Shown here: positions 49,633-59,623 of the stretch, piece after piece
Layout: every line of letters starts with the position of its first letter
How positions within the stretch are numbered: position 1 is the stretch's first letter
Assembly (NCBI GenBank): GCA_963666985.2
Contig: CAXXIA010000002.1
Span: 864,001-928,000, forward strand
Source: Spirochaetia bacterium
GTDB lineage: Bacteria > Spirochaetota > Spirochaetia > DSM-2461
Length of the DNA: 64,000 nt
Direction: 5' to 3'
Translations under genes and position numbers: made by a program
Notes under the pieces: generated by a model
Database searches by the model: none
Told to the model about the DNA's origin: nothing
The model's input: only the letters and a program-made list of their open reading frames with translations

Positions 49633-50457
49633 CTACCCTTTAACGGATCCGGCCAGCAGGCCGCGGATAAAGAACTTACCGAGGAAGATATAAATAAGCA
49701 GTGTCGGAACCGCGGCAATAAGGGCACCGGCCATCTGAACATTCCACTCAATAATCTGACTTCCCGCAAGATTCTGCAGCGCCACGGTAATCGGCTGAAT
49801 CGAGGGCTTCTGTGTTATAACAACGGCGAAAAGAAAATCATTCCAAACACTGGTAAACTGCCAAATCAGAACAACAACCATAGCCGGAGCCGATATGGGG
49901 AATATGATCCGGCCGAAAACACCCCAGATCCCCAAACCGTCAAGCTGTCCGGCTTCAAGAAGCTCATCGGGAAGTTCCGCGTAGTAATTCCGGAACATCA
50001 ACGTCGATATGGGAAGTCCGTAAACCAGATGGGTAAAAATCAATCCGGTCAGACGGCCGTACAAACCGATTTTACTCAAAGTCTGGACAAGAGGAATAAG
50101 GATGCTCTGGTATGGAATAAACATTCCGAAAACGATAAGTGCAAAAACAACGTTGGCGCCTCTGAATTTCCATTTTGAAAAAACATACCCGTTAACCGAA
50201 CCCATAAGAACGGAAAGAAGAGAGACCGGAATCACCATCAGGAAACTGTTTTTCATATTCCCGCCGAGTTTTGAAAACGCTTCGCCGAAGCCTTCAAAAC
50301 TGGGAGATTTCGTCATAATCCACATTTCGCTGATTCGAACTTCTGAAAAGGGTTTAAAACTCGTATTGAACAGAATATAAAGTGGAAAAAGAAACATCAG
50401 GGCAAACAGAATGGCCACTGTATATTTAATTATCGGGTTATCCGCTTTTTTCATCAT
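49633..50457 (-). CDS. Carbohydrate ABC permease
   Basis: ELLEAGQLDG EAA loop, QFTSVWNDFL, FIRGLLAGSVKG. Confidence 0.93.
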   Translation of the reverse strand: MMKKADNPIIKYTVAILFALMFLFPLYILFNTSFKPFSEVRISEMWIMTKSPSFEGFGEAFSKLGGNMKNSFLMVIPVSLLSVLMGSVNGYVFSKWKFRGANVVFALIVFGMFIPYQSILIPLVQTLSKIGLYGRLTGLIFTHLVYGLPISTLMFRNYYAELPDELLEAGQLDGLGIWGVFGRIIFPISAPAMVVVLIWQFTSVWNDFLFAVVITQKPSIQPITVALQNLAGSQIIEWNVQMAGALIAAVPTLLIYIFLGKFFIRGLLAGSVKG

Positions 50458-51347
50458 TCTTCCCCCTTAAACGTGGAACGAAGGTATGGAATGATAACCA
50501 AAGCCACCAGAAGAAGCATAAACATGGAAATCGCCGAACCCTCGGCATAATGATTCCCCCGGAAAGTCGTCTCAAACATAAACAAACCCGGGAAATCGGT
50601 TACGAACGACGGTCCCTTGCCGGTCATCGCATACGCCAAATCGAATATTTTCAGAGACACATGTCCGAGAACAATCATGGCCGAAAAGGTAATGGGCCTT
50701 ATGGAAGGCAAAAGAATGCTTCGGACGATACGCCATTCTCCGGCCCCGTCGATCTTTGCGGATTCAATAATCTGAGTCGGAATACTCCGCAGGCCGGCAA
50801 GATACATCGCCATCGTGTATCCGCTGTATTGCCATGAAGCGGCGATAATAAGAGAAATTAAAGCAAAATTATATTTTGCGAAACTTTGCGTTGATGTAAA
50901 CCATCCGAAATCGGCATGAGAAAAACCAATCATCCGCAAAAGCGCATTCAAACCCACTTCCGGAGACAAAAGCCATCGCCAGAGAACACCGGTTACAACA
51001 AAGGATAGGGAAAGAGGAAACAGATAGATGGTTCTGAAAACAGCTTCTCCCCGAATCCCCTGGTAGAGAAGATAACTGAGCAGAAAACCCACAACGATGC
51101 ACACAGCCATGAAGAAAATGGTGAAATAAAACGTGTTAAACAAATCGGTCTGGAAGCGCTGAGTTTTCAACAGTTCCAAATAATTCGAGAAACCGACAAA
51201 CTTCATGTTGGGCAGAATCCCATCCCAAGCGGTTAGAGAAACACGTGCCGACCAGATAATAAAACCGTATACAAAGATAAAAAGAACAGCGGTAAAGGGA
51301 ATAACGACAAGAAGCCCTTTTCTGATTTCTTTCTTGGGACGGTACAT
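50454..51347 (-). CDS. Carbohydrate ABC permease
   Basis: FRTIYLFP, WQYSGY.M.MYLAGL, IIESAKIDGA. Confidence 0.93.
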   Translation of the reverse strand: MYRPKKEIRKGLLVVIPFTAVLFIFVYGFIIWSARVSLTAWDGILPNMKFVGFSNYLELLKTQRFQTDLFNTFYFTIFFMAVCIVVGFLLSYLLYQGIRGEAVFRTIYLFPLSLSFVVTGVLWRWLLSPEVGLNALLRMIGFSHADFGWFTSTQSFAKYNFALISLIIAASWQYSGYTMAMYLAGLRSIPTQIIESAKIDGAGEWRIVRSILLPSIRPITFSAMIVLGHVSLKIFDLAYAMTGKGPSFVTDFPGLFMFETTFRGNHYAEGSAISMFMLLLVALVIIPYLRSTFKGEE

Positions 51348-51365
51348 ATGAATACCTCATTAAAA

Positions 51366-51401
51366 GACTCGCAGCCGCAACTTTCGATACGACTGCGAGT
51401 T
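51366..51401 (-). terminator. Intercistronic stem-loop after the sugar-binding protein gene
   Basis: GACTCGCAGCCG...CGACTGCGAGTT inverted repeat. Confidence 0.6.
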
Positions 51402-51425
51402 ATTCATTAAATCATAACCGAAAAA

Positions 51426-52695
51426 TTATTTGGGTGCGTACTTATCCGCGAGAGCCTGAAATTCGGCTGTTGCTTTCGCCACGTTAAGATCGGTGGTAAA
51501 AACACTCATAACATCGTTAATCTTCGTCAGCCAAGCTTCGGAAACGGCGGCGCCGTGAGCAAGACTGGGAACAATGGCGTTGGTAGCGAAATCGTCCATG
51601 GCCCCATTCAGATAAGCACCGTATTTCGACCGATCGCCATCGGTACGGGAAGGAATGGAACCCTTAATCGGGTTAAAGGCATCCTGGCCGTCCTTGGAAG
51701 CACACACCTCAAGCCACTTCACGACATTTTCCCTATTGGGAGCGTTCTTCGTTAAACCGAAGGAATCGGAAAGCATTGTAAACGATCCCCGAGTACCGGG
51801 AGCGGGGATCCAATCCCAATCCTCACCTTGGACATAGCCCTGAGACTGGAAGTATCCGGCGGCCCAGTCGCCCATGACATTCATGGCGGCTTTGCCTTCC
51901 GCGACATAACCTGCGGCATCCATGTTGGTCAGCGCCGCATGATCGGAATTAATATAGCCCATCATCTTGGCGAAATTCTTGAGACCTTTTTGCACATCGG
52001 AATCCGACCAGGAGACCTTACCGCTCCAGAGATCCCGATATTTATCCGGGCCCGTGGAAGCCAGAAGGACACTGGCCAGAAGGTGGGTTGACGGCCAGGT
52101 ATTGGTATCACCCAGTGCGAGTGGAGTTATGCCCTTGGCCTTCAAAGCGTCGGCAACGGCAAAAAAATCATCCATGCTTTCCGGAGGAGTTAAACCTGCT
52201 TCCTTGAAAATCTTCGGACTATACCACATAACATTAGCCCTGTGGATATTGACGGGAATGCAGTAAACCTCTCCTTCATAGGAAATAATGTCGATAACAT
52301 CCTTGGGGGAATTTATCCATCCAGCCGTTTTGTTCCAGAACAAACGTGACCGGTTCCATATAACCGGAAACTACCCAAGTATCAAACAGTTCATGTCCCG
52401 CATGTACCTGGGAAGGCGTCTGGGGGATTACCACCCTGCATTCTTGTGGCAAGAAACGGCTTTGGCATTCGTTCCCGCACCACCGGCAACCGTAGCATTG
52501 ATATTCTCAATCCCGGGATTCTTCGCCTCAAAGACCTTAATCATTGCATCAAGACCTTCCGCTTCACCACCGGCAGTCCACCAGCTGAAAATCTCAAGGG
52601 AATTGCTTTCCTTGACATCGGATTGCCCACCGGCAAAAACGAAAAACCGGCAAGCAGAGCATGGTGATCAGTACTAAAACAATCACTTTTCTCAT
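51426..52695 (-). CDS. Sugar ABC substrate-binding protein (glucose/mannose-binding type), about four apparent frameshifts in the 5' part
   Basis: Reconstructed MRKVIVL...FAGGQSD...[16 protein letters not shown]...[30 protein letters not shown], joining the ORF with [23 protein letters not shown]. Confidence 0.85.
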
Positions 52696-52744
52696 TAGAG
52701 AACCTCCTACTTTTTTCTTCTCCTTTAACAAAGGAGTTATATCC

Positions 52745-54025
52745 TTAATCATCGAGCAGAATTTTAAGACGATCCAATGCCAAAACGGCGCCTCGAATAG
52801 TGTGATAGTTCACTTTCCAGGAATGGCTCATATGGGTCCAAATCGGCTCTCCTTCCTGAGTCAGAAGCGGCCACCATTCACCTACATCATGTTTGATCAT
52901 TTTCTCAATAACAAAATTTATGAACATTTTCATAAACTTCCAGATAGGCCTCATCCCGATACAAAATGTAAGCATCGAGCATTCCGGTTAAGAACTCGGC
53001 CTGCTGCCAGAATTCCTTGGCTTTATCGTAGACTTTTGTTCCGTCGTGAGAGCCTTCTACGTATACGCCGCCGTACACCCGATCAACACCATTGTTTACC
53101 GCATGGGAAAGGGCCTTATGAAAAAGATTGTCCAGCTCGTGTTTATCACGGCCCGCCGATTTCAGAGCTTCCAGGGCAAGCCAGAAGAACTCCACATTAT
53201 GTCCGTAGGATGTATTATCAAGAGCGTTTTCTTTAACCGCATCGTCACCGACAAAGCGGTCCCATCCCCAGACGACATCAAACTGTATTTGAGGAGCGAC
53301 ACTCCAATCGGCGAAAAACTGAGGAATCCCTGTTCCGTATTTCGGATGCATGATTTTTTCCGTCAACAAATCAATGATTTCACTCAAACGGCGTTTATGC
53401 GCTTCTTTCCCCGTGCATAAAACCAAAGCTGTAAACGCTTCCATAAGATGCATGTGAACATCCAGTGTTTTCCTGTCTCCACCGGCGCTGCCCGGTCCCG
53501 CCAAAGACCAATCCCGTGCAAACATTTCCCAATAGCCGCCCCAGCAAATATCAACGGCATGGATTTGAAGGAGATTGAAGCACTTCTCAGCGGATTCGGC
53601 CGCCCGCTCATCGCCGGTTACTTTCGCAAACGTTGAAAGGGCGTAAATGGCGAAACTGTGACCATACAAAATCTTTTTATCAATAATGACTTCATTCTTT
53701 CGGTTAAAGAGCCAGTAAAAGCCCCCATTCTCCGAATCCCAATAATGCTCCAGCGCAAAGTTCACTCCCTTACGGGCCAAGTCTATACAAACACCGTCCG
53801 GATCATATCCATGCTGATGAGCCAAAGATAGAGAATAGATGGTTCTCATATGAGCCAAAAGTGATTTCTCTCATCCGTTCCGGAATCATTTCCATCGGTA
53901 TCGAATTGAGTGAGAAATCCGCCGTTTTCCTTATCCCAGCAGCGGCTCGTCCAGAAAGGCAGGAGCTCTTTGGTTAAATGATGCTCCAATTGATCTTTCC
54001 ATTTCTTAATCTTTTCTTTATCCAT
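52745..54025 (-). CDS. AGE-family (N-acylglucosamine/cellobiose 2-epimerase) epimerase or isomerase, two apparent frameshifts
   Basis: ELLPFW...D.ENGGF, YGHSFAIY, DVHMHLMEA, SYGHNVE, FWQQAE, GEW...WK.NYH.IR. Confidence 0.88.
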
Positions 54026-54037
54026 TCAGTCCACTCC

Positions 54038-55170
54038 CTATCCGGTCTTCTCCATGAGATTTTGATAAAGCCATAACAAGAAGGCTCTGTTATCCAAAGA
54101 GGTGTAATCGACACAGCACCCCATGCGGTTGAAGGTTTTCATGAACCTTAAGTAATAAGCCGGATTATCGGGACCGGGCTCCCCTTGGCTCCAATCCCAC
54201 GTTTCCGCTTGAAGATCCAAGACATGAATATGGCAATCGCGGATATCCTTTCCTTGAGGGAGCAGAACGTTTCGCGCCATGGATAAGGATTTTTCAAAAA
54301 TCATCGGCGACATCACCGCCCGATCCTATTGAAAGATAGACACCGCCTTCCAAGCGTGAAACACCCTCAGCATTACGCAAGAAAATCCCGTTCAGCCGTT
54401 CGCCCCACGGCCGCGCCGCGGTTGGCCTTATGGGTATAGATAATGTCATGGCCGAACATCGGATGACTTGTAAACGGTACGCCGAGGCGATATGCCTGCG
54501 CCTGAATACTGAATTCCGCGTAGGGATGAGGGACTTCGCGGAACCCCGCTTTAAGCCCCAAACGCTCCATGACTTCCAGCAAATCGACCGCAGCGGCCCG
54601 CTTCCATAGCGGCGGCTTTTCTCCCTCTGAAAACGGCGCCGCAATAACTTCCTCAAGAAGCCGACGATCCGGAATATTAAGGCCCCCGTTATGAATCAGC
54701 GATCCGATGGATTCACCGTACCCCAGCCCTTCCCAGGCGCCGACAAGAAGAGCCAAGTTGATATTCGATCCTGTTTCTTCCCAAGTGCCGAAACGCCCCT
54801 GTTGAACATTCGCGCGAACATCCTCGCTGCTCAGGCCGAAATGGGCGAATTCCCAATCGTGAATAACACCGGCACCGTTGGTGGCAAGGTGAGTCAGCCA
54901 TCCGTGCTCTATAAATCGAGAAAGAAGCAGCCCGAGGCCATTCTTGATTGTATGCGCTCCGAAGGCGCACATCACCGAAGAGCCGGCTTGTTTGGCACGA
55001 AGAATTTGTGCTGCGATTTCTTCAATGCGGTCACGGGCGGCATCGGAGATGGGAGGCGGAGGCGTATCGGGATTCACATAATCCCGGCTGATATCAACCT
55101 TACTCTTCCGTTCGCTTAAAGGAAAATACCGCATCTTATCCCGGTCAAACAGTTTCAATACAAACTCCAT
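54038..55170 (-). CDS. Deoxyhypusine-synthase-like-fold hypothetical protein, two apparent frameshifts
   Basis: GAHTIKNGL, HLATNGAG.IHDWE, SEDV...G.FG..EETG, GYGE, DII..H, GGVYLSIGS.VMSP.IFEK.LS.ARN. Confidence 0.65.
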
Positions 55171-57080
55171 CCGAAATGCGAAGAAAGGGAATCGCTCCAG
55201 GAGAAATCGGGTATCAGATAATCGGCTCCGCCAAGAATCAGCCGTTCCCTCTTTCGGGGATTCGGTCCGAAACGGCGCACCTCGTCGCTGATCAGCCCAA
55301 CCGCCAAAAATCCGTTTCTCTTCGCTTCCCTCATTTCCACCGGACCGTCGCCGAAAACGGCGCAGGAAACGTTCCTTCCGGAAGAGCCGATTTCCCTGCA
55401 GATGTTTTCCAGCACCACGCGTTTGGGATCCCTATCGGGATTCCCGACGGAACCGAAGATTCCGCCGTTGAAAAACGTATCGTACCCCAACAGACGCGCC
55501 TCTTCCCGAACATCATCCTGGTCCGTGCCGCTTGCCAAATACAGTGTGACTCCCGCATCCCGAAGCCGGCAAAGGAAGGGCACGGCTCCTTTGAGGGTTA
55601 CATCGTCCAGCCCGATTCTCCCCGACTCGAACAAACTGACTTTTTGAGCGATTTTTTCCAGAAGATTCCGGTTATAGACGGCTTTATATTCCGCGGGAGA
55701 AAGCAGTTCGCTTTCTCCGACATAATCATAAGAAGAAATGAGTTTTACCAATCCCCGCATTTGGAGAATGGTTTGCACACCGGTCGTGGCTTCAATAAAC
55801 CCATCGACGGTCTTTCCAATATCTTCCAACTCCTTAAGGGAGGCATGTTCATAATGATTTCCAAAGACGAAACGGATCATGAGGTCCCGCATAACCTCTT
55901 CCCACCCCTGACGCAGAGTGGAAATGGTCCCGTCGTGGTCGAAAATCATAATCTCCGGCATCATCCGATCCTTGCGGAGATGTATAACTTCAATCTGAGT
56001 TTCCGGCAGCATTTCGGCTTTCCGCGGATCGGATGCCAAAACGGGATTGTATCGGTATTCCGGAGATCGGCTGATCGCTTTAATCTCGTCCAGAGAGGGA
56101 TGACCTGTTTCGTACAATTTCGTCACGCTCACGGCCGCCGCGAAATTTCCCCATTCCGCGGCATCCTTCAGCGGCATGCCCGCGGCGCTGGAAGCAACCA
56201 AAGCGGCGAGAAAAGCATCACCGGCGCCGACGGTATCAATTCGATCGATAATATGAAGACCCTTGATATCGAACACATCTTCGGAAGAAGCATCATAGGC
56301 ACTTGCCCCGTCGGCGCCGCGAGTCATAACGACCGATCGATTCCAATAGGAACCCAGCCACCTGAGGAGCGTCTCCGACGACGGTGATTCTTTCGAATCG
56401 GAAGCTCCGTGGAGTCCGTATAATCCCAAAGCTTCATCAAAATTCAATTTATGAATGGTATTCCGATAAACGTCGTTAAAATCACGGGAATCGCAAAACC
56501 ATTGAATCGAATCCCCGCAGTGCTTTATCAACCGATTCAGCGAATCCTGAAAATTCCCGTCATGAACACCGTTTCGAAGCTGTTGATTGATAATAACCGC
56601 TTGATAGGATTCAAGATTTTCTTCCAGTCTCTTCAGAATCGTCTGACGGCTCCGAGGCGCGATCATATTAAAATTGCCGATATCATATCTCGGCAATTCG
56701 CGCTGTCCTTCGTAAACTTTATGGTAAACGTTTGTTTGCCAATTATCCTTCTGAGATACAAGACACTCCGTTGAAACACCTTCCGAATCAAGAAGATCCC
56801 GAAGCGCTTTGCCATACGAATCGCTGCCGACTATTCCGTAAAGGTCCACTCGCCCCACACCGAGATGCTTCAGATTCACCGCGACATTGGCGGCCCCTCC
56901 CGCCTCAAATTTCATCTCTTTAACGGAATTGGTTCGAAGTCCGGTTTCCACGGATACTTCGGTATTTTCCTGAGACAGGAAGTAATATAAATCCAGACAG
57001 ACATCTCCGAGTATGGCAATCGACAACCCGGGGGCCTTATCTCTGAAGTCATTGATATTCACTGGAGTTCTCACTTTCAA
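55155..57080 (-). CDS. PfkB/RfaE-like sugar kinase fused to a HAD phosphatase
   Basis: GDVCLDLY, GGAANVAVNL, TRGADG, DTVGAGDAF; then FDHDGTISTLR, LASGT, FGDGPVE. Confidence 0.88.
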   Translation of the reverse strand: MKVRTPVNINDFRDKAPGLSIAILGDVCLDLYYFLSQENTEVSVETGLRTNSVKEMKFEAGGAANVAVNLKHLGVGRVDLYGIVGSDSYGKALRDLLDSEGVSTECLVSQKDNWQTNVYHKVYEGQRELPRYDIGNFNMIAPRSRQTILKRLEENLESYQAVIINQQLRNGVHDGNFQDSLNRLIKHCGDSIQWFCDSRDFNDVYRNTIHKLNFDEALGLYGLHGASDSKESPSSETLLRWLGSYWNRSVVMTRGADGASAYDASSEDVFDIKGLHIIDRIDTVGAGDAFLAALVASSAAGMPLKDAAEWGNFAAAVSVTKLYETGHPSLDEIKAISRSPEYRYNPVLASDPRKAEMLPETQIEVIHLRKDRMMPEIMIFDHDGTISTLRQGWEEVMRDLMIRFVFGNHYEHASLKELEDIGKTVDGFIEATTGVQTILQMRGLVKLISSYDYVGESELLSPAEYKAVYNRNLLEKIAQKVSLFESGRIGLDDVTLKGAVPFLCRLRDAGVTLYLASGTDQDDVREEARLLGYDTFFNGGIFGSVGNPDRDPKRVVLENICREIGSSGRNVSCAVFGDGPVEMREAKRNGFLAVGLISDEVRRFGPNPRKRERLILGGADYLIPDFSWSDSLSSHFGWSLY

Positions 57081-57095
57081 TGTAAGCGCTTACAT
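57080..57095. promoter_or_regulatory. LacI-family operator (perfect palindrome)
   Basis: ATGTAAGCGCTTACAT. Confidence 0.88.
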
Positions 57096-57100
57096 ATTTA

Positions 57101-57129
57101 ATGGTAGTCTTTTTTCTTACTGCTGTCAA
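57101..57129 (-). promoter_or_regulatory. Sigma-70 promoter of the sugar operon
   Basis: TTGACA-N17-TACCAT directly upstream of the operator. Confidence 0.7.
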
Positions 57130-57223
57130 TGAAAACTTTAACATAAATGGTTCTCTTCCAAAGAAAACGTAGTATTTCAAATTCTTATAATAAGGTACAA
57201 TGTTTTTATCTTTTTCCATATAA

Positions 57224-57238
57224 ATTAAGCGCTTGCAT
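57224..57238. promoter_or_regulatory. Second LacI-type operator (autoregulation)
   Basis: TAAGCGCTTGCA just before the lacI-family start. Confidence 0.65.
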
Positions 57239-57243
57239 TACGA

Positions 57244-58260
57244 ATGAAACAGCTTGGTTCAATGACAATTGCCGATATCGCGAAAAAAGCCGGGGTTTCC
57301 ACGGCCACGGTTTCCCGCGTTCTTTCCGAATCGGATAAGGTAAAACCTTCTACGCGAACACGTGTTCTCGATATTATAGAGGAATACTCCTATATACCCA
57401 ATCAATTGGCGCAGGGTCTGGCGGGTTCTCCCACAAAAACCATCGGAGTCATCATCGACGAACTCTCCAATCACTTTTTCATCGAAATAGCGGAAGGTGT
57501 GGACTCCATTCTTCAGAATGAGAATTATTCCATGCAGCTGAGCAGCTCACGCTGGATTGGAGACCGTGAATTGCGCCTGACACGCTCCCTGCTGAGCAGT
57601 CGGGTGGAAGGTGTCCTCATTGCCCCCGTTGATCCCGACTCCCCTTCGGTTCGTCTCTTAAAAAAATCAGGTATTCCTTTTGTCGTAATGAATTGCTCCG
57701 TGGAAGATCCGGATGTTGCTTATGTCAGCGGCAATAACCGCAGAGGGGGAGAATTGGTTGCCGAATTCCTCAACAGGAATCCGCGGGAGCAAATTATTCT
57801 CATCACGGGATTTCCTCATCAATCAGTCAGTGAACGGCTGAGCGGTTTTTTCGACACTCTTGATTCGGCCTACAAGCCGATTCATATCCGCGGTGTTAAA
57901 ACATTCGAAGACGGCCACGATCTGGTTCCCCTACTTCTAACCCGGAACCTTATCGCGAAAATTAAAACCACGCTGTTCGTTACCAACGACAACGTCGCCA
58001 TCGGCATTACCGACAGATTGGTACGCGAGGGTGTGGCGATTCCGGATCAAGTTACGATTATCGGGTACGACGATATCCGTATGTCGGCCTTTTCCCGTGT
58101 TCCGTTAACAACAGTATCCCAATCGATGCGCGATATCGGACGAATCGCCGCCATGGAACTGCTCGATTTAATCAAAGATCCGAAAAAAGAACGGCCGAGA
58201 CACAACATCGAACCGCGATTAGTCATCAGGGAATCGGCTGTTGAAGCACCTTCCCGATAA
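57244..58260 (+). CDS. LacI-family regulator
   Basis: TIADIAKKAGVSTATVSRVL, Y.PNQLAQGL, IIGYDD, PLTTV. Confidence 0.95.
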   Translation: MKQLGSMTIADIAKKAGVSTATVSRVLSESDKVKPSTRTRVLDIIEEYSYIPNQLAQGLAGSPTKTIGVIIDELSNHFFIEIAEGVDSILQNENYSMQLSSSRWIGDRELRLTRSLLSSRVEGVLIAPVDPDSPSVRLLKKSGIPFVVMNCSVEDPDVAYVSGNNRRGGELVAEFLNRNPREQIILITGFPHQSVSERLSGFFDTLDSAYKPIHIRGVKTFEDGHDLVPLLLTRNLIAKIKTTLFVTNDNVAIGITDRLVREGVAIPDQVTIIGYDDIRMSAFSRVPLTTVSQSMRDIGRIAAMELLDLIKDPKKERPRHNIEPRLVIRESAVEAPSR

Positions 58261-58304
58261 AGCCGTGCCGAGAACAATGAAGAAAACCCCTATAAGGAAT
58301 AAGA

Positions 58305-58333
58305 TTGACACCTGCATGAAGCGGGAATAAGGT
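58305..58333 (+). promoter_or_regulatory. Possible sigma-70 promoter
   Basis: TTGACA-N17-TAAGGT. Confidence 0.45.
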
Positions 58334-58395
58334 TCTTTAAACGGTTTTATGTCCGACGTTGTCGGCCGAAATATAATTTATCTCAAGGCTCCAAA

Positions 58396-59445
58396 ATGAA
58401 CACGATTAAAGGGCCGGCGATTCTTTTGGCCCAATTTGTCGATAAAACCCCTCCTTTTAACAACCTACCCAATATTGCCGCATGGGCGAAGTCACTCGGC
58501 TATGAAGGCTTACAGATTCCGGCGAATGCGCCGGAATTGATCAACATCGAATTGGCGGCGGAATCGAAAAACTATTGCGACGAACTGATTGGACAATGCG
58601 GCGGTTTGTCCGTGACGGAACTCTCCTCGCATATATTCGGTCAGCTCGTGGCTGTCGATCCGGCCTACGATACGCTCTTCGACGCTTTCACGGAACCCGC
58701 TCTGCGCGGCAATCCCTCCGCTCGCCGGGAATGGGCCGTATCCAAAATGATTCAGACCATCAAAGCGTCGGCCAATCTCGGATTGTCCGTTGTACCGAGT
58801 TTCAGCGGCGCCTTGATGTGGCATCTGGTCTATCCATGGCCGCAGAGACCGCCGGGACTCGTAAAGCAGGGATTTCAGGCCCTGAACAAACTCTGGCGGC
58901 CCGTCCTGGAAGCGGCGGATCAATACGGCATCGATTTGGCCTTTGAACTCCACCCCGGAGAAGATCTGCACGACGGAGAATCCTTCGAACGATTTCTGGA
59001 AGCATCGGGTAACCATGAACGGATTAACATACTCTACGATCCGTCCCATTTCGTCCTGCAGTGCATGGACTATATCGAATTCATCTACACTTACGGTCCG
59101 AAAATAAAAGCATTCCACGTGAAGGATGCCGAGTTCAGGCCGTCAGGACGCCAAGGCGTTTACGGAGGATACGCGGATTGGATTCACCGCGCGGGTCGTT
59201 TCCGAAGTTTGGGCGACGGGCAGGTTGATTTCAAGCGCGTGTTCACGGCCCTCACGGAAGTCGGATTCGATTCATGGGCCGTTCTGGAATGGGAATGCTG
59301 CATTAAAGATTCTCAGCAGGGCGCCCGTGAAGGAGCACCATTCATCCGCTCGATGATCATCGAACCGACCCGGAAAGCCTTCGACGATTTTGCCGGCGGA
59401 TCACAGGATTCACATTACTTCAAAGATATTCCCGGAATGTCCTGA
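58396..59445 (+). CDS. Xylose-isomerase-like TIM-barrel sugar phosphate isomerase/epimerase
   Basis: KGPAI.LAQF, FELHPGEDLHDG, YDPSH, FHVKDAE, GRFRSLGDGQVDF, VLEWEC. Confidence 0.92.
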   Translation: MNTIKGPAILLAQFVDKTPPFNNLPNIAAWAKSLGYEGLQIPANAPELINIELAAESKNYCDELIGQCGGLSVTELSSHIFGQLVAVDPAYDTLFDAFTEPALRGNPSARREWAVSKMIQTIKASANLGLSVVPSFSGALMWHLVYPWPQRPPGLVKQGFQALNKLWRPVLEAADQYGIDLAFELHPGEDLHDGESFERFLEASGNHERINILYDPSHFVLQCMDYIEFIYTYGPKIKAFHVKDAEFRPSGRQGVYGGYADWIHRAGRFRSLGDGQVDFKRVFTALTEVGFDSWAVLEWECCIKDSQQGAREGAPFIRSMIIEPTRKAFDDFAGGSQDSHYFKDIPGMS

Positions 59446-59623
59446 CGGCCGGCCGCCGGTCTTTTTTGCAAATGGAAATCCGCCCAGGCCCGCGGCGGCC
59501 GTTTCCTTTAAGCCGAAGATTTTGGGCGTGAACATGATATCGGCAAAGTCCCAAAACGGCGCTTCATAATCCATATTCGGAACGATTGCCGACGCGAATC
59601 CGAGTTCAATCATCACTCACCCC

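Noticed and set aside
48051..57080. LPS ADP-heptose biosynthesis cluster
   Set aside because: No adenylyltransferase, HldD or heptosyltransferase; an importer and LacI control point to catabolism.
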